A stretch of DNA of 48,175 nt from Octopus bimaculoides. Taxonomy: Eukaryota. A program made the position numbers and the translations under genes. Below, in pieces: positions 12,151 to 24,317 of this stretch. Each line of letters opens with the position of its first letter. Position 1 is the first letter of the stretch. The DNA is taken from assembly GCF_001194135.2 (NCBI RefSeq), contig NC_068988.1:87656717-87704891 (forward strand), in the 5' to 3' direction. Below the pieces are notes generated by a model. It made no database searches. It saw nothing but the letters and a program-made list of their open reading frames with translations, and was not told the origin of the DNA.

Positions 12151-12568
12151 AAAAACATATATGTAACCTATATGTATAAACACCACAAGCATAATTGCCA
12201 TCAAAACCACAATATTATCTCTGTATTATACTACAGAACAATATAATATCAACACAATCACAAAAACCTCACTGTCCACCATTATATATAACCACTCTCA
12301 GGACAGGCACTATATTATCATTTATTAGTACATCACCATGACTACTACCACATCTTCAATATTACACTTATCACTACATATCATTGTCAGCACCATATAT
12401 ATCATTATGTATACTACATCACCAACACTACATTAAATCATTATTAAAAGATTAGTGCTACTACACGCTATCACAATAATACTAGCACCAACACATGAAT
12501 AGAGCAACAGTTCTATAAAAATGAAATAAGCAGATGTTCTGAAGTTTCTTGTTTGAAAGAACTCTTAC

Positions 12569-12736
12569 CATTATATCGTCGTCATCATCATTGTCATCGA
12601 CGTAAACGTTCACTGGTACAGTTCCAGTAGTAGCAGTCGTTGCTGTAGTACCACTACTAATACTACCTCCACTACTACTAGATAACGGGTAATTCCTCAG
12701 TTTAGAAGGTGACGACTCTTTAGGTCCAACCCTCAT
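12569..12736 (-). CDS. Candidate first coding exon (56 codons, MRVGPKESSPSKLRNYPLSSSSGGS...DDNDDDDDIM) of an unidentified gene
   Basis: ATG at 12736-12734 in context GCGATGA. Open frame to a phase-0 donor ATG|GTAAGA at 12569/12568. Lies in a SINE-free unique stretch (~12150-14500) with a purine-rich leader. No homology recognised. Confidence 0.4.
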
Positions 12737-14834
12737 CGCTCGCCACACCAGCGGAAATAAAAAAAAGTTTGGAGATGTAGAGCGACACCTAGCATCGAGG
12801 TGAGGGACGACTCTCAAGTTCTCTTATCCTCCCTCTCTCCTCTTTACTACACACTTTCTTGCTCACTCCTCACACTAATCCCATCACTAAAGGGCTAACA
12901 TCTTCATTCTCCCACTATTCACATCATCCCTATCATATATCAGCTTATCCTTTCTTTCTCTCACTAGTTATTCCCCTCCTTACTTTATCCTCTCACTCTA
13001 GGGACAAGAGACGAGTAAAGTCCCTTTCTCATTATATACATCAATTCTGGTCCCTTTTACCATCTAAACTGAAAACTATATAAACTTGTAGGCTGAAAGA
13101 CACTTGATGCGGGGGAACAGAAAACATGTTAGATATTGACTGGTGAGAACTTTTATCCTCGCTTCTATTTCACTATCTTCTCACTCTTTATATATATATA
13201 TATATATAGATATATATATATATATATATATTTTTTTTTTCCCCTGTTGAAAATACAGATGAGGAGGCCATAACTTATTTCAATCTGAATGTATGCGCGT
13301 GTGTGTGAGTGTGTAGCTATCAAACCCCCTCCATCATATCATTCTTTGTTCCCCACTCTCTCAAGTACATAAACGATATTTTAGAAGGGAACAGGCTACG
13401 TTTTCAGTCCAACCCGAGTGTGTATCTCCCGCTCCATCCCACGGACGGTATTGTATTAGAGCCCTTCCCCTCCAGTCTACTGCTGTCTCTCAACCACAAA
13501 TTAATTCTGTAATAAATGCGAAATAAAACAAATAAACTATATAAGACTAAAAGTTCAACTCTCTCTCATTTAAACACCTAATTCACTTCCTCGTTCTTGA
13601 CATATATATATATACATGATAGACATTATTCCGTTGGGTTTATATACCCCAATATTAGACTAGTCAATATATACGGGAGAAATATATGTGTAAACTGTAG
13701 ACAGGGCTTAATTCTACATTTCCATCTTAACATGTTACTAGTGGAATTGATATCAAGCCTGAAGGGGTTCACTCATTATCTTCTAGCTAGCTATTAGTCT
13801 AATCTGTTGGTCAATCAGTTTATGTAGCTATTAATCAAAATATCTATCCGCATGTCAATCAATAAATCAATTCAGGCATAGGTATATTTAAAACGGCCTT
13901 TTAAGTGAATCCCACCCCAGTTTGTCTTTAAAGCGGGAATTTCCAACTAGGAGAAGGTTAATATTCATTGATTGAATTGTCTCAATATCGAGGGATGGGG
14001 GAATAAAATCCCACATATGGATACCAGAATAGATTTTATCTCAGGCGAGATATAGAAAGAAAAGGAAACAAAGAGATAGAAGGAAGGGGAAGATGAGAGA
14101 CAGAGTAGAAGTGGCAGAAACCTTGAAGATTTGGTCGTGTCAAGAAATGTTCGTAAATATATGAGACACAGTGGGCGAAAGGAAGTATATTTTTCTAGAG
14201 ATGTAGTGAGAGGTGACTTATATCAACAACACGTAGTTGGTATAGGAAGGGTTAAGAGTTTGTAAGTGTGCTTGAATGAGTGTGTGTGTGTGTGAGAGAG
14301 AGAAGCAGGTAGAAGTCTTGACATGTATATTGAAGAAAAAGTTGTGCAAATGAATAAGTATATGAGTGTGTGTGTGTGTGTGTGTATATATAATAAAAGG
14401 TGGTTCATGCGTGTTTAAAACAGGTTGAAAAAACAACTACCAAAGTGAAACAGTAGCATCCGAGACAACTAGTGGTGATGGTTTGTGACCATAAATTTTA
14501 TGCAAACAGTTGACGAAAGGACAATAAACTATATACTTTAATCTGAGGTAGAAAAGAGGACTGACATTTCGAACAGAGCCTTTCGTTGATTATGAGTTGT
14601 CACCCTTGCCCCTTAGTTCCCAAGCCCTTGGTACAAATATTGGTTTAGTTAATTAAAGTTATCATGCTGGACATATTAGCTAGGCTAGTATTCCACTATT
14701 TATAGAACTGTATGAATGGATGTGTGTTTGTCTTTTAGTAAGGAGATGAAGCAATGTCTTAACTCTTCACAGGACTTCCGAAACTTGTGGAAAAGATGTA
14801 AGTTATTCCAGAATCAGATACTTATCACCATTAT

Positions 14835-15070
14835 TGTGTTCATCCCCCACCCCCGCCTACATACCAGGTCCTGCAATGATCCCTACACCCAGTCGTTCTA
14901 CGCGAGAGCAACGGTCCTCTGGAATCCCTTCGCCGCAAATGTCTTTTCCTGCAGCTACTGACTTGCAACTGTTCCTAAGGAATGTGCAGCGCAAACATCT
15001 CACTGGCCTTAGATAAACTCCAAAGTGTATGGTTATAGACTCTATAGCTAGAGTAAACCAGTAAAAAAAA
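14835..15070 (+). mobile_element. 3' end of a CR1-type LINE (RT C-terminus, frameshifted)
   Basis: Translates as HPRLHTRSCNDPYTQSFYARATVLWNP..VF / FPAATDLQLF.., matching the CR1/L2-group SFFPRT..LWN.LP..VFP...L..FK motif. Followed by a short UTR and an A-run. Confidence 0.65.
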
Positions 15071-15977
15071 CAAACAAAAAAACGTATCACATATTACATA
15101 GGTCTACATATATCACAATTTTCATCTACATAAATCACGTCTTTAAAAACGTCGCAGTTTTTTTTTTCTTCAAAATTACAGGAAATAAGCCTCGGGTCGG
15201 CCCAAGTCTTGTGATTGGATTCGGTAGGCAGAAACTGATGAAAGCTGTCACAGACCAACCAAAAATAAAATTTAAAAATCTGTTTTAACTCTTCTTCCCT
15301 CCCACCCCAGCTAGCCAGTCATACTGTCTCTTAAGACAGTAAAACATTCCCTCAATATACACAAGAGGAAAAAGCCAGGTCAGTTCCTCTTAAACTTTAT
15401 TGTCAACGAATATGTATAAGAATATGTATATGTATTGTCAAAGAATATGTATATGTATTTTTCCATATGTGTATTTTCATACACTGTTTTTAACATTTTC
15501 ATTTTAATATCAGAGAATGTGTGATAATCAGTATGTAACAATACAAAGTTCATACAAAGATTTATACTTTAAATATATTTCATCATCAAAGAATGTATAT
15601 ATGCATTTTAATTCTCGAACTGTTTTTTAATATTTTCTATTATTCTCAAAGACTTTTGATAAACTTTTTCTAAAAAAGTGAAACCGGTTAAGTAAATAAA
15701 TATTTTTAAAAAAANNNNNNNNNNNNNNNNNNNNNNNNNNNNNNNNNNNNNNNNNNNNNNNNNNNNNNNNNNNNNNNNNNNNNNNNNNNNNNNNNNNNNN
15801 NNNNNNNNNNNNNNNNNNNNNNNNNNNNNNNNNNNNNNNNNNNNNNNNNNNNNNNNNNNNNNNNNNNNNNNNNNNNNNNNNNNNNNNNNNNNNNNNNNNN
15901 NNNNNNNNNNNNNNNNNNNNNNNNNNNNNNNNNNNNNNNNNNNNNNNNNNNNNNNNNNNNNNNNNNNNNNNNNNNNN

Positions 15978-16170
15978 TATATATATAATGTGTGTCCATC
16001 GCTTGACAACCGCTGTTGGTGTGCTTACAGCCTCCTAAATTAGCGGCAAAAGAGATAGATACAATAAGTACCGTGCTTTAAATATGTATATTAGATTCAT
16101 TGAACTAAAATTTAAGATGATGCCTCAGCATGATTGCAGTTTGATGACTGCAATAAGTAAAGGGAAAAGG
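15978..16170 (+). mobile_element. SINE family B, 3' half
   Basis: CCATCGCTTGACAACCG.TGTTGGTGTG...GATAGA.ACAATAAGTAC...GACTG.AATAAGTAAA. Confidence 0.7.
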
Positions 16171-16420
16171 GGAACCAGTGTAGTACTGAAAATATAAGAA
16201 AACAGGAAAAAAGGGAGGTAACGAAATAAAGTGGTCATGTCTTACTGACAAACGGGTCATTTCGTCCTTAAACTTAAATATCCCTCTTCCATCCCTAACA
16301 CACTAACTTAGCTCAACTCATGAACTTCGTATTAAAATATTTACCGATGTCAAAACTCGCCAACTTCCTCCAAATTCTTCTGTTTGTTTGGGGGTTTTTT
16401 CTGACAATATGTGTGTATTT

Positions 16421-16800
16421 ATTCTATTATTCTTTTACTTGTTTCAGCCATTGCAGCTGTGGCCTGGCCAGGCTGGACGATGAATTGCTCGAAGGGTTGA
16501 GTCGAACAAATTGATCCCCAGTACTTATTCTTTTCAAGACATTGTAATTATTCTGTCGGATGTGTTTGCCGAACCGCAAATTTACAGAGATGTAAACAAG
16601 CCAACACTAATTGATCACAGGCACACAATATATATGTATATATGTGTGTCTATGTCCTCTACCACTGTTTGACAACCGATACTGTTTTGTTCACGTCCCC
16701 GTAAAGTAGCGATTCGGCTAACAGTGATCGATAGAATAAGTAGCAAGCTTTTAAAAGAAAAATACTGGGATCGATCTGTTCGACTAAGGTGGTGCCCCAA
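16421..16800. mobile_element. Inverted pair of SINE B 3' halves around a (TA)/(TG) spacer
   Basis: 16421-16612 is a minus-strand 3' half and 16644-16800 is a plus-strand 3' half. Confidence 0.7.
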
Positions 16801-18204
16801 TAAAAAGTATAAAGACGGCCTTCCACACAGTTTCTGTCTATGGAATTCCCTCACAAAGCTATATATAAAATAAAGCAGAAAACACACACACACACACCCA
16901 GAGCAAAACACGAGGTGAAGGCCCTAAGCCATAGCCGAACAGGATGTCAATACACGAGTAATGTACAGCGAAAAAAATAAAGATAAAATTTTATTTTAAA
17001 TAATAATGACATACTTACAGAATGATCAAATTGTTTCTTAAATATCAAAATGTGTTAGAGTTGAAAATAAGATAGAAATGAAAAGTAAATCTAACAGCGT
17101 GCTACTGAAGTGAACACGTTTTTCTCTTCTTATGATAAAGAAGGCATGTGAACAGACAACGGGTTGGTCTCTATAGGCTAAGAAAATAAAGGGATAGGTT
17201 GTTCTTAGTAAAAAAACAAGAGAGAGAGAGGATTGATCGATTATTCATTTCCTAATCAAATAGAATGTTATATTGCAGTTATTTATAGATATATAAATTC
17301 CGACAGAACTACGTAGGTCTAATTTGCATAACAACGAAGTTTGGTGAAGTCGATTAATTCATTCATCTAGTTGTAGTAGTAGCAGTAGCACTGCAAAGCC
17401 GGCGCTGTAAATAATAAATGTAAGGTGTAAATAGCTACTGGTTAATTCAGGGGTGGGGAGTCGTAAGTACCCTATAAACAGAAAAGTTGGCCTTGGCGAA
17501 CTCCATAACATAAAGAAACAGGATCTACATCTGGCCTCAAGCCGAAAAGATATGAGACACGAATATAGTTTCTAAGTAAGTAGTAAACCTGTTGTTTGAT
17601 TTTTTTTTTCTTCTGAGGCTTAAAGTATAGTTAATTATATCGGCTCCAGTATTTGACTGATATTCATATTATCGATGGAGGAAAAATGACAGCTGTCGTC
17701 AACCACAAAATTTGAACTTAGACCATAAACGGTATGTAACTAAATTCGTCAGTAATTTCGTACGATACTATAGACCAAGAAATGTACAAGGTGTGTCAAA
17801 AGTGATGCACAAAATAAGTTCAATCAGAACTGTCAAAGACATGCTCCATTTCTTTTTTTTTTTTTAATTGAGTAAAATAATGATGAATACACAAACTGGT
17901 GAACAAAAGGAATAATTATAACATAAATAAAATATCATGTTTTGGTGCATGACTTTTGACCCATCCTATATATATATATATNNNNNNNNNNNNNNNNNNN
18001 NNNNNNNNNNNNNNNNNNNNNNTATATATATGTGTGTGTGTGTATACGTAGGTATTGACCGCCGTCTTAACATGTTTTTTTCTTTTGGGGTCCAAGTTCA
18101 TGTAAGAAAATCAAAAACTATTATATCGACTCTATTGAGCACTTTTGTTTGGTACTTTATTTTATCAACTTACAAAGAAACAAAAAATATTTTTAAAAAA
18201 TAAA

Positions 18205-18865
18205 GGAATGCTTATCTCCGCCAAGCAACCTTTGAATTTTACTCTGCATCTCCATCGCACTTGGAGTGGGAGCTGACGTCTGCAGGGGACTGAGATATCG
18301 CTGTGGTAGGCCCTTAAACTCCATAGGTATTCACGGTCTGTCTTGTTGTCTAAATGCTGGTCGCTTCGCTCGTCACACCGAGCTAAGCCTAACCATTAAG
18401 CGAGCCTTGGCTCGGATTAATACCCACTCAGTTCTGGAGCCGACGGAGTTATCCAGTTGTGATGGAAAGAGACCAGATGGTCTTACCCTCTGTCCCTAGG
18501 TTAGAGGTAGGTGCCCCATTTGGGATGCCACAGTCTGCGACTCCTTTGCTCCTTCCTACATCCTGGATGCTGCAGCAAATAGAAGGGTCATTGCTTCCGT
18601 ATCCGAACGGAACAAAATCCTGAAGTATTAGGACCTGACAGTGAACTATCTCTTCCAACCTGTGGCTTTTGAGACTTTCGGAGGGACTGGGCTACTAACC
18701 ACGAAGTTCTTGTCATCGTTGGCAGCTCGCTTTTTTAGCGCCTTAGCCTCACCATTGTCCGTGATAATGCTGCGTGCGTGCTGCCTTACTTCCGTAGGTT
18801 CCGTTGAAACTTGCGGTGTGCGACCAGTTGAAGCGATTGGTGCAATTTTTTCTCTCTTCCCCACA
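18205..18865 (+). pseudogene. Decayed 3' end of a CRE-clade non-LTR retrotransposon (zinc knuckle plus restriction-like endonuclease)
   Basis: Translation across stops and frameshifts: LGVGADVC..RYRCG..NSIGIHGLSC..GRFARH...LEP...DGKRPDGLTLCP*..WDATVCDS..KILKY..FQPVAFETFGG..RLSLTIVRDNAACVL. This is the typical RPD..D endonuclease region. Confidence 0.8.
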
Positions 18866-18880
18866 AATGGTTTCAATACA

Positions 18881-19188
18881 AAATTAGAAATATTGCATTT
18901 CTAAATCTCTCAGAGAGAGTTATGCAGTAGCAGCACGATAAAATGATGGTTTGTTGCCAACTTAATGTGACAGTCCTAGGAAAAGGAAGAATACTGTTGC
19001 TATCTAGCCCTAAGAAACACCGTTTCTAGTTGGCTACATGACACAAGCGTTCTGTGTCCTCAAGTTTTCAAGCAGGGGAGATAAGTACCGCCACCCAAGA
19101 AAGCCAGCATCCAGAGACTAGTTTCAGGGTAGTTGCCCTTCATCAGTCTGGAGTAGCTTGACTTTGCTAGCTGTCGGTGCTAGATCGC
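18881..19188 (-). mobile_element. ~308-bp hammerhead-bearing insert (Penelope-like terminal repeat or retrozyme-like monomer)
   Basis: Flanked by a 13-bp direct repeat TGGTTTCAATACA (18868-18880 and 19189-19201). Contains a hammerhead core. No ORF. Confidence 0.55.
19110..19152 (-). ncRNA. Minimal type I hammerhead ribozyme
   Basis: Minus strand: TCCAGA-CTGATGA-AGGG(CAACTA)CCCT-GAAA-CTAG-TC-TCTGGA. It has a 6-bp stem I, an intact CUGAUGA/GAAA core, a 4-bp stem II, a palindromic minimal stem III and a GUC cleavage triplet (cut between 19116 and 19115). Confidence 0.85.
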
Positions 19189-20000
19189 TGGTTTCAATAC
19201 AGTTTTTGCTGAAAGATTTGGGAGAATTAGAAGAAAGTTCTCAGGTAATTTTCTTTCACGTAAATAAATGTTTATGTTAATTGAAGAATTTGCCAGCAAA
19301 ATTTTATAAAATGGCAATGTTCTAAAAGGTGTGCATTTTAGATAGAAATAAAATGTATATAATGTAAAAAAAAAAAGAGCAAAACGAATAAACATTTCCT
19401 GGAAAATATAGCTGAGAATTCAAACGAAAAAAAAAACCTGAAAAAAAGGAAGGAGTGGAGTATAAAAGGCTTAAACTAACCTATGAGATTTTATCAACCC
19501 TTGAAAAGATAAGGGTCATTATCAACCACCACCCCACGTATACAGCCATTCAACAGGATTTGAAATAATTTTATCTTTTAAAATTAACTAATTTAGGGAG
19601 AAAGCATAGGAAAAATTTTAACTTGCCACCAGAGCTTCGCTGGGCAATATTTTATTGACTGAACAACAGAAGGAACAATATAGAATATATACAAAGCCAG
19701 ACACGAAGTAAGTTTAATATGAGAGACGGAGACGGGAGAGAAAACGAAGTTGAGATTTCTTAGGAACCAACAGTTAGAATAAGGGATGGTCCCTTCTCAG
19801 ATTTCATCTTCTCTGACTGACTTAAAGTGACCTTGTTTCTTCTCTGTGCTATTGGGTTGTTTTATCGAAGCAAAGGGGTGGAGGCTTAGGTGCGCGCGCG
19901 CATACACACATGCACAATTTTAGACATATAAACACATTAATATGAATATATTGTTACAGCTTTCTGTCTCATACATACATACATACATAACATTACCATA

Positions 20001-20161
20001 CAGAGCTGTTTTAGCAGCATTATATCAATCACTGGGCCCTACAGTATATATTTTTTTAACAGCAAACCACAATATGCGAATACATAGACCAAAATTGGGC
20101 CCTAAGACCCGTGAGACCCCTGGACAACTGCCCAACGTGCCCATGTCTTAAGACGGCACTG
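20001..20161. mobile_element. hAT (Tip100-like) MITE, decayed
   Basis: Ends CAGAGCTGTTTTAG and (reverse complement) CAGTGCCGTCTTAAG. TSD is not clean. Confidence 0.5.
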
Positions 20162-20490
20162 ATTATATAGCGTGTGTGTGTGAGTACATATTTTTCCTTG
20201 AATCTTTTCACCACTTAAACTACTACATCATAGACTGGACTTTGTCCCTCCATCCTCATCACAACCCCCACACACATACACAACTTTTACAAAGCTATGG
20301 TTGATAGTGGCTTTGAAGATTCACTGTCTATTTTTTTTTTTTCCTTGTAAAAATTTATATATACGCTCTTCACTAAAAAGTAATGAGAAGTCTTTCAGTT
20401 AAAATGTTAAATGAATTTTATTTTTAACTTGACATTAAAAACAAACAAAAAACTCCTATGTATAAGACATGCCAGAGAGTTTTTAAAAAA

Positions 20491-20698
20491 TAATCTTTTC
20501 TATTCGAGGTACAAGGCCTGAACTTTTGGGGGAGGGGGCCAGTCGATTAGATCGATCCCAGTACGCAACTGATACTTAATTTATCGACCCCGAAAGTATG
20601 AAAGGCAAAGTCGACCTCGGCGGAATTTGAACTCACAGCGTAAAGATAGACGAAATGCCGTTAAGCATTTCGACCGGCGTGCTAACGTTTCTGTCAGT
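20491..20698 (-). mobile_element. SINE family C
   Basis: Full core ATCGACCCCGAAAG.ATGAAAGGCAAAGTCGACCTCGGCGGAATTTGAACTC. Confidence 0.88.
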
Positions 20699-21310
20699 GG
20701 GTGTATACATGAATTTACAGGATGTCACTGTTGCTATTTTCGGTTTCTTTCGCAGTAGACTTCCATTTTTCTAAGGATTAAATACTTTCACTACTTTACG
20801 ACGGTAAGTTGTATGTTAATCAAAACTTAGTTTCAGCCGAATGCTAGTGCAGTTGGATCTTTGCTGTTTGGTTGCACTTATGAAAATTTCAAAGTTTTAG
20901 TGAAAATTTTAAAATTTGGTGTATTGATGTAATTTTCCACGCTTAATCTCGGAGGATATCTAACTTTTTCTAGAAATTAAAAAAAAAAATAGTTACAGAA
21001 TTTAAAGCTTTATCATTTTTACCCATTCAGAAAACAGGATTTGGAAGCTGTCATTTTGTGCCCCCCCCTCTCTCTCTCCTTCCTGCTGTTACACACTGGC
21101 TGTGCCACTGGGTCAAAGGGTATGAAAATCGACAGTGTATTTATGTTTGCGCACAACTATCAACGTATGTACTCAAAACGTCAAACACGCTTGCAGGTGA
21201 CGGCTTCTTTTATAAACACATACTTTCCATGATATTGGTTAGGAATAGCGTTACTAACAGCCAGTTATTAGATCTCCATATACGCATGCTTAAGGAGAGT
21301 ACACAGTACA

Positions 21311-21745
21311 ATATTGGTTTCAAATTTTCGCAGAAGGCCAGTAATTTCAGGAGATAATGTAAGTTGATTACAGCGACCTTCTTTTATCGACCCCAAAAGG
21401 ACGAAAGACAAAGTCAAGCCCAGCGGCATTCGAACTCAGAACGTAAAGACGGACGAAATACCGCTAAGCATTTTGCCCGGCGTGCTAACGATTCTGCCAG
21501 CTCGCCGCTTCGTGTACAGAGCATAATATTCTTTTCTACTCTAGGCACAAGGCCCGAAATTTGGGGGCAGGGGACCAGTCGATTAGATCGACCCCAGTGC
21601 GCAACTGGTGCTTTATTTATCGACTCTGAAAGGATGAAAGGCAAAGACAACTTCAGCGGAATTTGATCTCAGAACGTAGCGGTAGACGAAATACCGCTAA
21701 ACATTTCGCTCGGCGCGCTAACGATTCTGCCAACTCGCCACCTTA
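21311..21745 (-). mobile_element. Two adjacent SINE C copies (21311-21510 and 21528-21745)
   Basis: The second copy is flanked by a 15-bp TSD TGTACAGAGCATAAT (21513-21527 and 21746-21760). Confidence 0.9.
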
Positions 21746-22211
21746 TGTACAGAGCATAATTTTGACTATTGAATGACAAGGGAACAGGAATTAACATANN
21801 NNNNNNNNNNNNNNNNNNNNNNNNNNNNNNNNNNNNNNNNNNNNNNNNNNNNNNNNNNNNNNNNNNNNNNNNNNNNNNNNNNNNNNNNNNNNNNNNNNNN
21901 NNNNNNNNNNNNNNNNNNNNNNNNNNNNNNNNNNNNNNNNNNNNNNNNNNNNNNNNNNNNNNNNNNNNNNNNNNNNNNNNNNNNNNNNNNNNNNNNNNNN
22001 NNNNNNNNNNNNNNNNNNNNNNNNNNNNNNNNNNNNNNNNNNNNNNNNNNNNNNNNNNNNNNNNNNNNNNNNNNNNNNNNNNNNNNNNNNNNNNNNNNNN
22101 NNNNNNNNNNNNNNNNNNNNNNNNNNNNNNNNNNNNNNNNNNNNNNNNNNNNNNNNNNNNNNNNNNNNNNNNNNNNNNNNNNNNNNNNNNNNNNNNNNNN
22201 NNNNNNNNNNN

Positions 22212-22246
<35 letters not shown>

Positions 22247-22248
<2 letters not shown>

Positions 22249-22476
22249 ATAATCCCTCGACTATCGCGGGTGTTACAGAAATAATTAAAATCTGAAAAAA
22301 TATAAATACCTATCGGCCGCAGAAACCCGTGATATACAGAAACCCGTGATATGAGTCCGCAATATAAATTTACATATATTAGCCAGAAAAATCCGCGATG
22401 TACTGAATGCGTGATAGGTGAATCGTGATGTACTGAGTGCGCGATAAGTGAACGGCGATATGGCGAGGGATTACTC
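22247..22476. mobile_element. pogo/Tigger-type MITE
   Basis: TIRs CAATAATCCCTCGACTATCGCG and GCGATATGGCGAGGGATTACTC followed by TA. Internal 17-bp and 30-bp tandem duplications. Confidence 0.75.
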
Positions 22477-22496
22477 TAAGTGTGTGTGTGTGTGTG

Positions 22497-22775
22497 TATA
22501 GGGTGTTGCACTGACAATTGCGAGATTGTGGGTTCGACTCTCAGACCGGCCGTTGCGTTGTGTTCTTGAGCAAAGCACTTCATTTCACATTACTCTGCGA
22601 TCATTTCAACACTTAACATGTGGCACCCATTGCACGTGTACAGGTAATGTCGATCTGCTGGAGGGAGTGAGCTTATGTCTACACAAACATTTGATCACTA
22701 TAAACAAATCTTTGTGGTTTGCTCGGTAAGAAATTGTCGAACCCTCACGACAGGAGAGTCCATCATCATCATATA
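22497..22775 (+). mobile_element. tRNA-derived SINE, family G
   Basis: B box GGTTCGACTC, then GTTGTGTTCTTGAGCAAAGCACTT and a (CAT)n tail. Homologous minus-strand copy at 38621-38925. Confidence 0.7.
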
Positions 22776-23163
22776 TATATATACGAGGGAGAGATGAATA
22801 GATAGATGTGTGTTTAATGATTTGTTTAGTCTTGGCTGGCCTATGAAGAACCGCTATGATTCGCAATACTTAATCCTATAAGGATGCAATTGTACACGCG
22901 CCAGCATCAACCCAAACCCAAAGTCACAGTTTGCTCTTTACAATTGCCAAAGATAAACCAAAACATTGACAAACGAAAGAGACAATAATAGTCTGGAAGA
23001 GATTACGAAAAATCTAAAGTTCCGACTGACATTAAGAATTGGTGCCTGTTTTTATTGACCCTCTAACCCGTTACTATTTACAAGCATATAGCGTTACACT
23101 GAATACTGTCTATGCCTCTCTGTCTTTTTATGTTTATGTGTGTCTCTCTCTGTCGTATAGGCA

Positions 23164-23787
23164 CGTTGTTGTTGGCGCTCCGTCGCTTACGACGTCGAGG
23201 GTTCCAGTTGATCCGATCAACGGAACAGCCTGCTCGTGAAATTAACGTGCAAGTGGCTGAGCACTCCACAGACACGTGTACTCTTAACGTAGTTCTCGTG
23301 ACACAGTGTGACAAGGCTGACCCTTTGAATTACAGGCACAACAGAAACAGGAAGTAAGAGTGAGAGAAAGTTGTGGTGAAAGAGTAGAGCAGGGTTCGCC
23401 ACCATCCCCTGCCGGAATCTCGTGGAGCTTTAGGTGTTTTCGCTCAATAAACACTCACAACGCCCGGTCTGNNNNNNNNNNTCGTGAAATTAACGTGCAA
23501 GTGGCTGAGCACTCCACAGACACGTGTACTCTTAACGTAGTTCTCGTGACACAGTGTGACAAGGCTGACCCTTTGAATTACAGGCACAACAGAAACAGGA
23601 AGTAAGAGTGAGAGAAAGTTGTGGTGAAAGAGTAGAGCAGGGTTCGCCACCATCCCCTGCCGGAATCTCGTGGAGCTTTAGGTGTTTTCGCTCAATAAAC
23701 ACTCACAACGCCCGGTCTGGGAATCGAAACCGCGATCCTATGACCGCGAGTTCGCTGCCCTAACCACTGGGCCATTGCGCCTCCACC
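23164..23787 (-). mobile_element. SINE family A with an assembly-duplicated 238 bp around a 10-N gap
   Basis: One TSD pair CGTATAGGCA (23154-23163 and 23788-23797). 23234-23471 is repeated at 23482-23719. Confidence 0.9.
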
Positions 23788-24235
23788 CGTATAGGCATGA
23801 CTGTGGAGTTAAGAAGCTCGGTTTACAACCAAGAGGTTTCGTGTTCAGTCCCAATCCGCGGCAACTTGGGCAAGTGTCTCCTATTATAACCCCAAGGTAA
23901 TCAATGCCCTGTGATTGAATTTGGTAGAAGGAAACTATGTAGAAGCTCGTCGAGTATACATACATATGTGTGCGTGCGTTCGTCTCTCTTTCCACCATAT
24001 GATAAGCAGTTTTGGTTTTGTTTATGTCTCCTTCACTTAGCGGTTCGGCATAAGTACCAGAATTTAACAGAAATGTGTTTTACGTCCCCAGAACTTAACG
24101 GTTCAGCAAGACACCAATACCGTAAACACCAGACTTTACAACAAATATAACTATTGGGTCTATTTATTCGACAAGGACCCTTCAAGGCAATGCCCCAGCA
24201 CGACCACTGTCCATAAACGAGTCAACCCCAGCACT
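23788..24235 (+). mobile_element. SINE family B, whose head was hit by the SINE A insertion
   Basis: GGCATGACTGTGGAGTTAAGAAGC...TTGGGCAAGTGTC...TTTGGTAGAAGGAAACT, plus the 3' half. Confidence 0.75.
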
Positions 24236-24252
24236 TATATGGTATATATAAG

Positions 24253-24317
<65 letters not shown>

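Noticed and set aside
14555-14592. GAAAGGCTCTGTTCGAAATGTC on the minus strand, resembling a Penelope-type hammerhead
   Set aside because: The core CTGANGA is absent and the stems are too decayed to support a call.
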